Below, piece by piece: positions 1 through 10,035 of a DNA stretch of 31,960 nt (positions are counted from its first letter, which is position 1; every line of letters begins with the position of its first letter). Made by a program: the position numbers and the translations under genes. The DNA comes from Promethearchaeota archaeon (GTDB taxonomy: Archaea; Asgardarchaeota; Lokiarchaeia; Sigyniarchaeales; SOKP01), in NCBI GenBank assembly GCA_016840085.1, contig JAEOTA010000032.1:1-31960 (forward strand), in the 5' to 3' direction. The notes below the pieces were generated by a model. That model saw only the letters and a list, made by a program, of their open reading frames with translations. It was not told the DNA's origin and did no database searches.

Positions 1-1
1 A

Positions 2-1048
2 TATATACATGATAGATTAGGACCACATGATTTACCTCTAATTGGTCGTGCGGATTGGAATGATTGCTTGAATCTAAATTGCTTTTCAGATAATCCTGAT
101 CAATCTTTTCAAACCACAAAAAATAAGAAGAGTAAAGTTGCAGAATCAGTCTTTATCGCAGGATTATTTATTGCTGCACTAAAAGAATTTATTAAAATCC
201 TTAAGCAAAAAAATTCATTGGACGAGACTAAATTATATCTCGAATGGGCAGAAAATATGAATTCCGCAATCTTGAAATATGGTTGGGACGGAGAATGGTT
301 TATTCGAGCTTATGATAATTTTGGAAATAAAATTGGATCTCATGAATGTGAAGAAGGTCAAATATTCATTGAACCACAAGGATATTGTATTATGGCCGGA
401 GTTGGTATAGAAGAAGGCTTTGCAGAAAAAGCGCTCAATTCTGTAAAAAGTAAATTAGCTACCCCTCATGGTATTATGCTTTGTCAACCACCATATTCTC
501 AATACTACATACATTTAGGTGAAATCTCATCTTATCCGCCAGGATACAAAGAAAATGGTTCTATATTTTGTCATAGTAATCCTTGGATTATGATCGCTGA
601 AGTGATGGTTGGACATGGTGACCAAGCTCATGATTATTATACTCGTATCAATCCATCAGCACGAGAAACTATTAGCGAAGTTCACCGCTGTGAACCATAC
701 ATTTACGCTCAAATGATCGCTGGAAAAGATGCTTCAACTTTTGGAGAAGCTAAAAACTCTTGGTTAACAGGGACAGCAGCTTGGAGTTTTATTGCTATAA
801 CCTCTTGGATTCTTGGTATCCGTCCTACGTACAAGGGATTATATATCTCACCAATAATTCCTAAAAATTGGCCGGGTTTTCAAGCAACTCGAATTTTTCG
901 AGGTGTGAAGTATCATATTTCTGTAGAACGGGTTGGTAAAGGTAATAAATCTATAATATATGTAAATGATAAACAAATTGAAGGGAATATTATTCCACCA
1001 CCTCCTCCAAAGATTAAGAAAATGTTTATAAGTGTTAAAATCACTTAA
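2..1048 (+). CDS. GH94 glycoside phosphorylase (cellobiose/chitobiose phosphorylase-like), 5'-partial
   Basis: The frame is open from position 2 ([25 protein letters not shown], the GH94 catalytic D-W-N-D motif), followed by [13 protein letters not shown] and [10 protein letters not shown]. The true start lies upstream of the window. Confidence 0.92.
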   Translation, partial: YIHDRLGPHDLPLIGRADWNDCLNLNCFSDNPDQSFQTTKNKKSKVAESVFIAGLFIAALKEFIKILKQKNSLDETKLYLEWAENMNSAILKYGWDGEWFIRAYDNFGNKIGSHECEEGQIFIEPQGYCIMAGVGIEEGFAEKALNSVKSKLATPHGIMLCQPPYSQYYIHLGEISSYPPGYKENGSIFCHSNPWIMIAEVMVGHGDQAHDYYTRINPSARETISEVHRCEPYIYAQMIAGKDASTFGEAKNSWLTGTAAWSFIAITSWILGIRPTYKGLYISPIIPKNWPGFQATRIFRGVKYHISVERVGKGNKSIIYVNDKQIEGNIIPPPPPKIKKMFISVKIT

Positions 1049-1133
1049 ATAATACTGTAATATTAATTAAATATTTATTATTTAAGTGATATACTTTTTT
1101 TATTTTATTTATTCGTTGAAAAGATTTAACTAA

Positions 1134-1454
1134 GATAACAAAAGAGTACAATTAAAAGTTTCATCGCGGATATCTCTTGAACAATGATTGTCTTTAAAAG
1201 AAAATGTATTTTCTCATGATGCTCAAAATTGGTTTGATAGTGTTAGGTATGGATGGAATAAAAAAACTATGATAATTGGTGGAAAACATAATCTTGGTCG
1301 AAATTTTTCAATTTTTATTAAGTATTTATTGAAAAAGTATCTGAGAATTTATAATTATAAATTAATATCAGAAGATTTCCGAGAATGTAAATCAGAAGAT
1401 AATAATAACATAATTTATACAATTATATTCACTTTTGCCCCCTCTCATTCTTAA
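1134..1454 (+). pseudogene. Probable C-terminal remnant of a larger protein (88-aa ORF preceded by an in-frame TGA)
   Basis: The frame reads DNKRVQLKVSSRISLEQ*LSLKENVFSHDAQNWFD...HNLGRNFSIFIK, with TGA at 1185-1187 directly before the TTG start. It looks like the tail of an archaeal regulator-associated domain. Confidence 0.4.
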
Positions 1455-1631
1455 GTTTGTTCTAGAATAAAACCATCATTCATTAGGAATTCATTTAAAC
1501 TGGAAATTCAAGTATAAGTTTAAATTAAGATTTTTCTAAATACAATTGGATTTAAGAGAGAATTATAATCAAATATATTAAAAATTTAAGGAAAGTTAAA
1601 ATTTTTCAACAATTTAGCTCTCTATAGATAC

Positions 1632-3107
1632 TTAATAACTCTTAGCGATATACACAGTACATCCGGCAGGTTTTCCGCATATTAGACAAGTAGCAAATTC
1701 ATGTTTTTCTTCATCAACTCTTTTTCCCCGCACAAAACCTCCAATTTCCTTTTCAACTACTTCTGCACAGTGATATGCATCCATGTCTATTGAACAGAAA
1801 CCACAGCAGACTATTTTCCCATTATTAATAGCTTCAATCGCTGCATCTTTTTCATAACAAAGTTCAATTTGCGATTCAAAGTCAATTAATGATTTTTTTT
1901 TAATTTCTTTTGTGTAGTTCTGGGCAATCTCATTAACTTTCTTTTCTAAATCTTTTTCTTTCATGATAAATTTCTTACTATCATGTCTCTTTATTAAAAC
2001 TAATTGTTCCTTTTCAATTTCTCTAGGACCTATTTCAATTCTGATTGGAACTCCACGTAATTCCCAATAATAAAATTTACTTCCAGCAGATTCATCTGAA
2101 TCGTCAATCTTAACAGAATATTTCTTTTTTAATATTTCAAAAATTACTTTAGCTTTAGCTAAAATCGGTTCCTCTTTTCCTTTAAACAAAATAGGGATGA
2201 TAACAATCTGAATTGGGGCTAAATCAAAAGGTAAGACTAGACCGTTATCATCTCCCAAATACGCAATCATAGCTCCATAATTTCTACTTTGAGCAGGACC
2301 ATAACAAGTTTGATAACCATATTTCTCTTTCCCATCTGTGTCCACGAACTTTACATCAAACGGTATTGAAAATTTTTGACCTAAAAGATGTGTTGAAGGT
2401 AATTGCAGAACTTTTCCAGAACCCATTAGAGCATCTGCAGCGAAGGTTTTTTCTGCGCCTGAAAATTTATCCCATTGAGGCCTCTCAAAAAAGATGAGAG
2501 GAATACAGCACTCATCTTGAAGCATTTGATAGGTTGTTTCCATATCTTCCTTAACTTGCTCCATTGCATCCTCCATTGTAGCAAATACATTATGTGATTC
2601 AATCCAATGAAATTCCCTGCCCCTAAAGAATGGTCTTGTCATTTTTCCCTCATATCTCCAAACTTGGCATGATAAATATCTCTTAAACGGTAGATCTTTA
2701 TAGCTCCTTATCCATAAAGAATACATCTTGTATAGAGCGGTCTCACTCGTAGGGCGTAGTGCTAACCGTTCTGGTAATTTACCAGAAGTTCCCGCTTCAG
2801 TTACCCAAAATACTTCTGGCGAAAAACCTTTGACATGGTCTGCTTCTAATAAAAAATTTGACTCAGGGATTAGAGAAGGCATTGTTAATGGTAAATGACC
2901 TTTTTTATCAAGCAAATCTTCATATTTTTTATACATCTTCCTTATTGTAATCGTTGCCCATTCCCTATATACAACAAAGCCTTTGATGTTATACCTAATA
3001 TCAGCTAACTCCGCTTTGTTAATCAATTCCGTATACCAAGCAGAAAAATCTTCTTCCTTTGAAACTGTTATACCCGTTATTGGAGCTTCTTTCTTCTTTT
3101 TTGCCAT
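1632..3107 (-). CDS. proS: Proline--tRNA ligase, archaeal/eukaryotic type
   Basis: Motifs EDFSAWY, LALRPTSET and WRYEGKMTRPFFRGREFHW; anticodon-binding domain (YWELRGVPIRIEIGPR); C-terminal Zn domain ending AKSY. Confidence 0.98.
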   Translation of the reverse strand: MAKKKKEAPITGITVSKEEDFSAWYTELINKAELADIRYNIKGFVVYREWATITIRKMYKKYEDLLDKKGHLPLTMPSLIPESNFLLEADHVKGFSPEVFWVTEAGTSGKLPERLALRPTSETALYKMYSLWIRSYKDLPFKRYLSCQVWRYEGKMTRPFFRGREFHWIESHNVFATMEDAMEQVKEDMETTYQMLQDECCIPLIFFERPQWDKFSGAEKTFAADALMGSGKVLQLPSTHLLGQKFSIPFDVKFVDTDGKEKYGYQTCYGPAQSRNYGAMIAYLGDDNGLVLPFDLAPIQIVIIPILFKGKEEPILAKAKVIFEILKKKYSVKIDDSDESAGSKFYYWELRGVPIRIEIGPREIEKEQLVLIKRHDSKKFIMKEKDLEKKVNEIAQNYTKEIKKKSLIDFESQIELCYEKDAAIEAINNGKIVCCGFCSIDMDAYHCAEVVEKEIGGFVRGKRVDEEKHEFATCLICGKPAGCTVYIAKSY

Positions 3108-3178
3108 AGAAAATCATTAAAAATAATATTTTAAAAATTAAATATTTTATTAGATAGAAACATAAAGCATTTAAACCA

Positions 3179-3925
3179 TTACATATCATCGGGAAGTAAT
3201 TCTGCGTTAGTAATTACTAAACCCGGTCTGATAACAACTTTATATTTTTTAGATTCTAAAAAGTTTTTTATTTCCTTTCCAATCTTTTCTAATTTATCAA
3301 TACTTTCATTATTAGAAATAGTATACACTATCAATGATTTTGCAGATTCCATTTCTGCTCTATTTATCTCATTTGCATGTTTAATTAATATATGATCTGC
3401 TCCTGTAATTTCAGCAATTTTTCTAATCTCTTGTTCTAAAGAGCTAAAAGTAAAAAATTCTCTATTTTTGCTCGCGATCTTCTCTGCTAAAATTTTTTCT
3501 AAGTTCTCTCTCGAATTCTTATCATAAAAAGCAGTTAATTCTTGAGTACAAATCATTTTATACTTCCCAGAAATTAATTCTTCCTTTTGGTTAACAAACT
3601 CTATTAACTTACTATAATATTTTTGGTCAATTTTTTTAAAGTTCTCAATATTTCTTACTAAATCCGTTAACTTATTAATTAAATCATAGTAGAATTTTAA
3701 AGTAGATTTAATATTTAATTTATCCCTCATTTCTTTTATTTCAGGATAGAATTTCCTAAGAATAAGATTGATTTTTTTATTACATTCAGCACAGATTTTA
3801 GCAATTTCATTAATATTTTTAACAGATTTTTTATTTAGTTGATTAAGTAAAGAACTATCTAAAATTGCTAAATCTTCAAAAATCTCGTTAATTTTATTGG
3901 TGTATTTTTTTTCGATATAGCTCAT
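3179..3925 (-). CDS. Hypothetical helical protein, co-oriented upstream of proS
   Basis: 248-aa ATG-initiated ORF with no recognisable motif. Confidence 0.8.
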   Translation of the reverse strand: MSYIEKKYTNKINEIFEDLAILDSSLLNQLNKKSVKNINEIAKICAECNKKINLILRKFYPEIKEMRDKLNIKSTLKFYYDLINKLTDLVRNIENFKKIDQKYYSKLIEFVNQKEELISGKYKMICTQELTAFYDKNSRENLEKILAEKIASKNREFFTFSSLEQEIRKIAEITGADHILIKHANEINRAEMESAKSLIVYTISNNESIDKLEKIGKEIKNFLESKKYKVVIRPGLVITNAELLPDDM

Positions 3926-4043
3926 TTCTTATAAAAATGATAGAACTTATCCTATATAATCTTAATTTTTCCAATATTTCTGAGAAAAAGCTAGTTACAT
4001 GGCTGTAATTAAATAAAAAACATTTGATAGATTATTTACAGAT

Positions 4044-5246
4044 TTAGAGAAAGAAAATTTTCACAGCTGTCATAACAGCCCCACTTATTATAGGGATTGT
4101 AAAATTGTCATTTATCCCTATTGGTAACACCTCAATTAATACCGCAGCAATTCCACCGGATATAAGCAAGATTAATGGAATATCTAATATAAAAAAAAGC
4201 ATATATCCAAAAATAATAACAGCCCCAATGTTTGCAAGACTACCCTCAAGCGTTTTCTCAAATAATTTACGACGACCATATGCTAATCCGAAGACTTTAG
4301 CAAACATATCACCGAAAACAAGAAACATCAACGAAGTTATAGCAATTTCCATCTCAAAAAAGAGTAATATTAAAAATGTAGAAATCAAAAAGATTGTCAT
4401 TGATGAAAATCTTTTCTCTTCTCCCTTTCTAAAAATTGCCGTGGTCTTTTCAGTTAATAACACATTGGTTTGTTTATTAAGAAATCTGAAGATGTCTAGA
4501 CCAATAAAACATAAACATACAATACCTATGACAGAAAGACCAAGTTGAACATCAATAAAATAAAATATAAGAAACAATAGAGACACTGGTCTTATAGCAA
4601 CTCTCCACCAGCTAGCCAGAAAAGCCTCATCAGTTATCACTAATTTTTTTTCTGTTATTACTTTGATCGTCCCAATGGAAGCAATATGAATAAGAATTAT
4701 CACAAAAAATAGATTAAAACCACTTGTAGGGTATAGTATAAACACTGAAAATCCTAATAAGGGAAATAAAACCATTGGTAACAAACTACCTGCTTTAGAA
4801 ATGTAGGTAAATATTGCTACAAGTATTAATAAAAATATCACTACATAAAATAATTGAAACCCAACAGTAAGATAATTCACAAGATAAAAAAGTAGTATTC
4901 CAGTTGCAGTTGCATTTCCTTGTCCACCACGAAATCGTAAATAAAAGGGAAAAACATGCCCAACTATTGCTGTTAATCCACTAATTTGCATGAAAATAAA
5001 ATTTGCTCTCAAATAATAAGCAATCAATATAGCTAATAAACCCTTCAATGTATCATACAATGCGGTGGGAATAGCATACGTAAGTCCTAAAACTTTAAAT
5101 GCATTAGACGTTCCAGGATTACGGGTACCCTCTTCTCTTACATCTATACCTTTCAATTTTCCAAAAAAATAAGCAGGTAAAATTGATCCAAGTAAATAAC
5201 CGATGATAATACTAAGAATGCCAATAAAAATGTCAATTCCATCCAC
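4044..5246 (-). CDS. plsY: PlsY-type glycerol-3-phosphate acyltransferase fused to a CTP-dependent lipid kinase domain (dolichol kinase/Dgk1/phytol kinase family)
   Basis: N-half: GYLLGSI, DVREEGTRNPGTSN, DTLKG, GHVFPFYLRFRGGQG. C-half: FGDMFAKVFG, KTLEGS, NDNFTIP. GTG start preceded by an AAGGTGA Shine-Dalgarno. Confidence 0.88.
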   Translation of the reverse strand: MDGIDIFIGILSIIIGYLLGSILPAYFFGKLKGIDVREEGTRNPGTSNAFKVLGLTYAIPTALYDTLKGLLAILIAYYLRANFIFMQISGLTAIVGHVFPFYLRFRGGQGNATATGILLFYLVNYLTVGFQLFYVVIFLLILVAIFTYISKAGSLLPMVLFPLLGFSVFILYPTSGFNLFFVIILIHIASIGTIKVITEKKLVITDEAFLASWWRVAIRPVSLLFLIFYFIDVQLGLSVIGIVCLCFIGLDIFRFLNKQTNVLLTEKTTAIFRKGEEKRFSSMTIFLISTFLILLFFEMEIAITSLMFLVFGDMFAKVFGLAYGRRKLFEKTLEGSLANIGAVIIFGYMLFFILDIPLILLISGGIAAVLIEVLPIGINDNFTIPIISGAVMTAVKIFFL

Positions 5247-5451
5247 ACTTTTTCACCTTAAAAGATATTAATCTATACTTTATTTTTAATAATAAAAATA
5301 TTTCTAAAAAAGTATGATTTAAAAGGAATTAGAAGAAAATTGCTTTAAGTATGAATTTAATATATTTTCAACTTTGATAAGAAGAATAGAAAAAAAAGTA
5401 ATAAAAAAAAGTTTGTTCTAATTGTTCAAATTTTTGCTTAAACTAATTCAA

Positions 5452-6381
5452 TTACTGAAGTTTGTTCCTAATTTGCTTGGATCTGCTCCTGAGAGTCACT
5501 TCGGTAACCTTAGCTACTTCTGATACTTCTGCTTGTGTTTTTCTATGATTTCCAGCTTTGGCAGCCATATATATGACACTTGCTGCTAATCCCTTTGGAT
5601 CTTTACCTGTACGCAATAATCCATTTTTAGAAGCTTCTGTCAACATGTTAATAGCCTTCTTTTGAACCTCCATTGGTAGACTTAAATCATTACCGAATCT
5701 AAACACTAATTGTTCAGCAGTAATCGGTTTATACTTCAAGTTTAACTCTGGGAGCACTTCCTTAACAACCATACCTAAAGACCTGTGAACTGTTCGTCTT
5801 GGAGTCAAAGAAGCATCACAAACCTCTTCGAGTAATCGTGGAAATTCATGTACTCTAATAGCTGCATAAAGTGAAGCAGCAATAAAACCATCAATTGACC
5901 TTCCCATTGTGAGTTTTTTCCTTGCTACGACTGAATATATCTTCCATGCTGTTTCTTTTATATATTCGGGTGTGTTAAGCTTAGAAGTAAGCATCTTTAA
6001 TTTTGGCTTTGCTTCCCAGAAATTTCTCTCAATACTTGAAATTAATGAATTTTGAATCTTAGATAGTCGTGAAAATAGAGTTTTTCCACGTGCATTGATA
6101 AGCCTCCCCTTCGAATCGATCTTAGAATTCGGGAGCATTGTCCTGGGTCCAAATTCACGCCATCTTGGTTCAGTTCTGCGACGTTTGTTAACCTCTTCGA
6201 CAGTATATGCTCTACGTTCATTCCCTACGAGATTTCTCCCGTAAGTCATACCGCAATTAATACAAATCAGGTCTCCGTCTTTAGACTCAACACAAGGATT
6301 ATCGCAACATTGAGCATCTGAATTGCAGCTAACTTCCTCTACTGGAGTCTTTGTGGATCGTAGGCGATCTTTATAGCTCAT
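5452..6381 (-). CDS. tfb: Transcription initiation factor IIB (TFB) paralog
   Basis: N-terminal Zn ribbon (CCDNP...CINCG) and two cyclin repeats (GRSIDGFIAASLYAA; GKDPKGLAASVIYMA...TQAEVSEVAKVTEVTLRSR). The start is more likely ATG 6381 than the track's 6444. Confidence 0.95.
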   Translation of the reverse strand: MSYKDRLRSTKTPVEEVSCNSDAQCCDNPCVESKDGDLICINCGMTYGRNLVGNERRAYTVEEVNKRRRTEPRWREFGPRTMLPNSKIDSKGRLINARGKTLFSRLSKIQNSLISSIERNFWEAKPKLKMLTSKLNTPEYIKETAWKIYSVVARKKLTMGRSIDGFIAASLYAAIRVHEFPRLLEEVCDASLTPRRTVHRSLGMVVKEVLPELNLKYKPITAEQLVFRFGNDLSLPMEVQKKAINMLTEASKNGLLRTGKDPKGLAASVIYMAAKAGNHRKTQAEVSEVAKVTEVTLRSRSKQIRNKLQ

Positions 6382-6548
6382 TTTATTCACTTTTAAATTA
6401 TTTTTAGTTGATGTATTGATCGTTATTTGATCTTTTTGCCACATTAATTTTTTTTTTCCAATAATATCGAGATCTTTTTTGTTGATAAATCTTTATATTA
6501 TAAAAAAAAAGTTTGATCTTCTTTTAATATTGAATAAAAAGTCAACCA

Positions 6549-6568
6549 TATATATAAAAACTTTTTTA
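6549..6568 (-). promoter_or_regulatory. Candidate BRE/TATA box for tfb
   Basis: The minus strand reads AAAAAAGTTTTTATATATAT, a purine run followed by TTTATATA. The AT-rich background limits specificity. Confidence 0.35.
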
Positions 6569-6689
6569 TACAAACTTGTTATATGTTGTCGTACACACTT
6601 TCTTAGGGGAAATTGGTGGGATTTATAATTTATAATATGTATCAAAATATGCCATAACATCCATTCCTATTTTTGATAAAAAAAGAAAT

Positions 6690-8411
6690 TCAATGGTATA
6701 AATACATGAAACGTTCCATATAATATAAGAATATTTGGTTATAATAGCCTGTAAAATAAACATCGGCGGCATGTCCGGCTAAAGGCATCCATAAAATAGC
6801 ACATTCATTATTTCCTTTAGCAAGGTAAGAATTTCTTATATTTTCAGATATACTGAAATAATTGAGGATATCATGAGTGCCTTGAAAGATAAGACAAGGT
6901 GGGCTACTTTTCTCGATAATTTTTTCGGGATTCTTGAATTCATCACTTCCACTGATTCCAAAAATAACCATTTGACCATTTGCAGGATAAAATGGTATTA
7001 ATCCTTTTATTTTCAAGCTTTCATTAAAAATATTTGTATAGTTTCCACTTGCGATGGCTAGGGCTACTGCACATGTCAGATGACCTCCAGCAGATCCTCC
7101 ACTTATGAATACAGAACCCAAATTTGCACCATAAATATTAGCATGATCAGCAAGATAGTTAGTGAATATACCAATATGTCGCATCATATCATCTATATTA
7201 AAATTCCCCTTTTTATAATCAGGAGTTAGCGGATCTAATTCAAATAAAGGATTACGGTCGATCCCATATTGAATATCAAATACCACATATCCTTGCCCTG
7301 CAAAATATTTATTCATCTGTAGCATATTCATCATTCCTTTATCACCTGAAACCCAACTACCTCCATGGATTCTAATTATTGTTGAATTTTCCCCCGGGAG
7401 TTCTTTCCTTCTATTCAATGGCATGTAAGCATCAAAATAAAGTCTTATTCCATCATCATCATAGAATAAAATATTTTTATCAATTTCACAGTTTTTAGGC
7501 TCTGTACCTAGATAATATCCAGTAAGTGTAAAAGGGGTTTTCAAAAAGAATCGGTTTGCTTCAGAAGGAATTTTAACGTGCCAATTGGTACCAAATGCGT
7601 TAGTAAACACTTTCTCAGCACTATATACACTGGAATTAGACAGAAATAACGGCATCAATAACCACCCAGATACAAAAATGCCAATAATAGCTGTTATATA
7701 GAATTTTTTCGTGGTTCTTTTGTGTTGTTTTAGTTTTAGAAGCAAAATTGTATTGGCTAAAAATATAATTGAAAAAAAGATTCCAAATTGAGAAGAAATT
7801 ATAGCAATAAAGACAGATATTACTTTAAATGAACCAAAAACACCTACAATAGCAAATATAATTCCTATGATAAAAGTAATTCTGGACATAATTATTAAAA
7901 TTTTTCTCAGTGATTTTTTAATTAGTAAGATTCTTATTCCATTTCTTTTACTAAATGATTGTCTAAATAGTTCCAAATTGCTATTATATAAGCATTTAAT
8001 GTTAAATAAAGCAAAAGAAATTCCATAGATTAAAACTCCAAAATAGCTGAAATAGATCATAGTATAAGCTCCGAAATTTTCAGTAAAATTATTCGAGTAT
8101 GTTGAAGAAAGGAGTAAATTTCCTAACATTATTGATAATATAGCAATAATGATAAGAATCAATTGCACATAACTAATTATAGTTGTCTTTGGTCTTAGTA
8201 TGTTTCTTTTATGAAGGTTAAAATATACAAATAAAAGATTTTCAAACAATGTAATAGTTATAATTACTCCAATAAGATCCCAAAATACTGAGTTAGATGG
8301 TTGTAGTATATATAATAATCCGAATACAATACATAATAAATTTAAGATAATTGATAAGCAGCTAGTCAGCTTAACATTTCTTAAATTTATTAAATCTTTC
8401 TTATTCTTCAT
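6690..8411 (-). CDS. Polytopic membrane-anchored alpha/beta hydrolase (HSL/family IV esterase-lipase)
   Basis: About 7 N-terminal hydrophobic segments, then the IHGGSW oxyanion motif, the GGSAGG nucleophile elbow, QGTHD and AGH. Confidence 0.88.
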   Translation of the reverse strand: MKNKKDLINLRNVKLTSCLSIILNLLCIVFGLLYILQPSNSVFWDLIGVIITITLFENLLFVYFNLHKRNILRPKTTIISYVQLILIIIAILSIMLGNLLLSSTYSNNFTENFGAYTMIYFSYFGVLIYGISFALFNIKCLYNSNLELFRQSFSKRNGIRILLIKKSLRKILIIMSRITFIIGIIFAIVGVFGSFKVISVFIAIISSQFGIFFSIIFLANTILLLKLKQHKRTTKKFYITAIIGIFVSGWLLMPLFLSNSSVYSAEKVFTNAFGTNWHVKIPSEANRFFLKTPFTLTGYYLGTEPKNCEIDKNILFYDDDGIRLYFDAYMPLNRRKELPGENSTIIRIHGGSWVSGDKGMMNMLQMNKYFAGQGYVVFDIQYGIDRNPLFELDPLTPDYKKGNFNIDDMMRHIGIFTNYLADHANIYGANLGSVFISGGSAGGHLTCAVALAIASGNYTNIFNESLKIKGLIPFYPANGQMVIFGISGSDEFKNPEKIIEKSSPPCLIFQGTHDILNYFSISENIRNSYLAKGNNECAILWMPLAGHAADVYFTGYYNQIFLYYMERFMYLYH

Positions 8412-8640
8412 TACACTTCTAAATCTAGCTAAATGACTAACCCTATTATATTAATACTACAGGGAGTAGCGATATCTGATAGTTAAATATATTCTTATAC
8501 TTTTTGATTCCTATATGAATCAGGGTCTTAAGCTTAATATACTAATGAAAATCTTAGTATAAAAAATTATAAAAAAAGATAAATTTATATAGGGAAAGTA
8601 AAGCATACTGAAATTGTTCTAAAAATTCAACACATTGGAC

Positions 8641-8748
8641 TTGGTATATAAAACGTTACATGGGATACGTGCATATTTGGTTATAATAACCTGTGAAATA
8701 GAAATCTAAGATATGTCCTCTAAAAGGCATTTATAAAATAGCACAGTC
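8641..8748 (-). pseudogene. Decayed 3'-end fragment of a paralog of the neighbouring esterase
   Basis: Translates as DCAIL*MPFRGHILDFYFTGYYNQICTYPM*RFIYQ, versus ECAILWMPLAGHAADVYFTGYYNQIFLYYMERFMYLYH at 6690-6806. Confidence 0.85.
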
Positions 8749-10029
8749 TTATTTTTTAAGGAGAGGTAGTATTTGGGGGCCATTAGGTAAAAATAATATA
8801 GAAGAATCTGCTCCATATTTCTTTAAACAACTTTTAATAGCGTCCTCAACAGTTTCAGCATACTTCATGCCAATATTTCCTATTTCATTTTCATTCAGTT
8901 TAGATACAATAAAGATTTCTGCTTTCAACAGAATACGGGCTAAAATTTGGATTTCCCATTGATCAGTGACTATAATCTCTTTATTAAGGATCTTTTTGTA
9001 GATCTCATTTGGTTGCATTCCAGAAAAGATTAATTCTTTAAACTTATCTTGACCTATGCCAATACCATCAGCACATTCATTTACAGAGATAATTGTTCCA
9101 TTTTTTTTAACAGCAATTTCACCTATAGCCATACTTTTAACTGCTTGGTATAAATTTAGATCTAAAGGATATCCTCCATTTCCACAAACAACTATATCAT
9201 ATGGCTCTTTTATTTCTTTGAAGATATGTTTCAACTGATAATTTACAAGTTTTTCGTGAGGTTCCTCGAGATTTCCCGTAGCTACCTGAACTATATCGTG
9301 TTGTTCGTTAATACATACATTTACAATGAAATCTACTCCTATTTTTTTCGAAATTTCAATAGAGTTTCTGTGTAGTGGATTTTCTTTAAAAATGCCAAAT
9401 TTCGCATAAGGAGATGCAATATTTTCAGCAGAATGATTATTTTGGATGGTTTCAGCTCCCGCAATTCCTGGAATTATCGACTTACGACCACCAGAGAATC
9501 CCATAAAAAAATGAGGTTCAACATATCCAGTTAAAATCTTCAAATCTGCTCCATAATAATGTTTATTTATCAAAATTGGATGATCATCCATGGTTGCTCC
9601 TATATTGATTAATGAATTTTCATCAATTGCGATGTGATCAATTACTCTAATCCTATTTTTAAGATTATTTCCTAAGATTCGCTCTAATTCCTCTTTATGG
9701 GAAATACGATGTAATCCTGTGGCAATTAGGATCATTATTTGATTGTCCTTAATTCCATATGAGCTTAATTCCTCAATTAGAGCTTCAAGAATAAAATGTG
9801 AAGGGACAGGTCTCGTTGCATCACTCACAACAACACACACAGTCTCCAAATTTATCTTATTTTGGATAATTTCTTCAAGAGGAGGGCATCCAATTGGATT
9901 ATTTATGGATTTCTTTATTTCTTTTTTAAGATTTTTGATAGCATTTTGTCTTTCAGGACGAAATATTGTTACATTCCAAGATGGATCAAGCTTTATTTCT
10001 AAACCTTCCTTACCATAATCGAATTTCAT
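8749..10029 (-). CDS. larA: Nickel-pincer-dependent lactate racemase family protein
   Basis: Motifs SDATRP, ATGLHR, EPHFFMGFSGGRKS and GYPLDLNLYQAVK. Confidence 0.93.
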   Translation of the reverse strand: MKFDYGKEGLEIKLDPSWNVTIFRPERQNAIKNLKKEIKKSINNPIGCPPLEEIIQNKINLETVCVVVSDATRPVPSHFILEALIEELSSYGIKDNQIMILIATGLHRISHKEELERILGNNLKNRIRVIDHIAIDENSLINIGATMDDHPILINKHYYGADLKILTGYVEPHFFMGFSGGRKSIIPGIAGAETIQNNHSAENIASPYAKFGIFKENPLHRNSIEISKKIGVDFIVNVCINEQHDIVQVATGNLEEPHEKLVNYQLKHIFKEIKEPYDIVVCGNGGYPLDLNLYQAVKSMAIGEIAVKKNGTIISVNECADGIGIGQDKFKELIFSGMQPNEIYKKILNKEIIVTDQWEIQILARILLKAEIFIVSKLNENEIGNIGMKYAETVEDAIKSCLKKYGADSSILFLPNGPQILPLLKK

Positions 10030-10035
10030 AGTTAT

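Noticed and set aside
1185-1187. Selenocysteine TGA upstream of the 88-aa ORF
   Set aside because: There is no redox-motif context, no start codon in the short upstream open segment, and no convincing SECIS downstream. A decayed Trp codon is the simpler explanation.
4105-4548. 147-aa plus-strand ORF
   Set aside because: It is an antisense shadow of the hydrophobic plsY-kinase gene.
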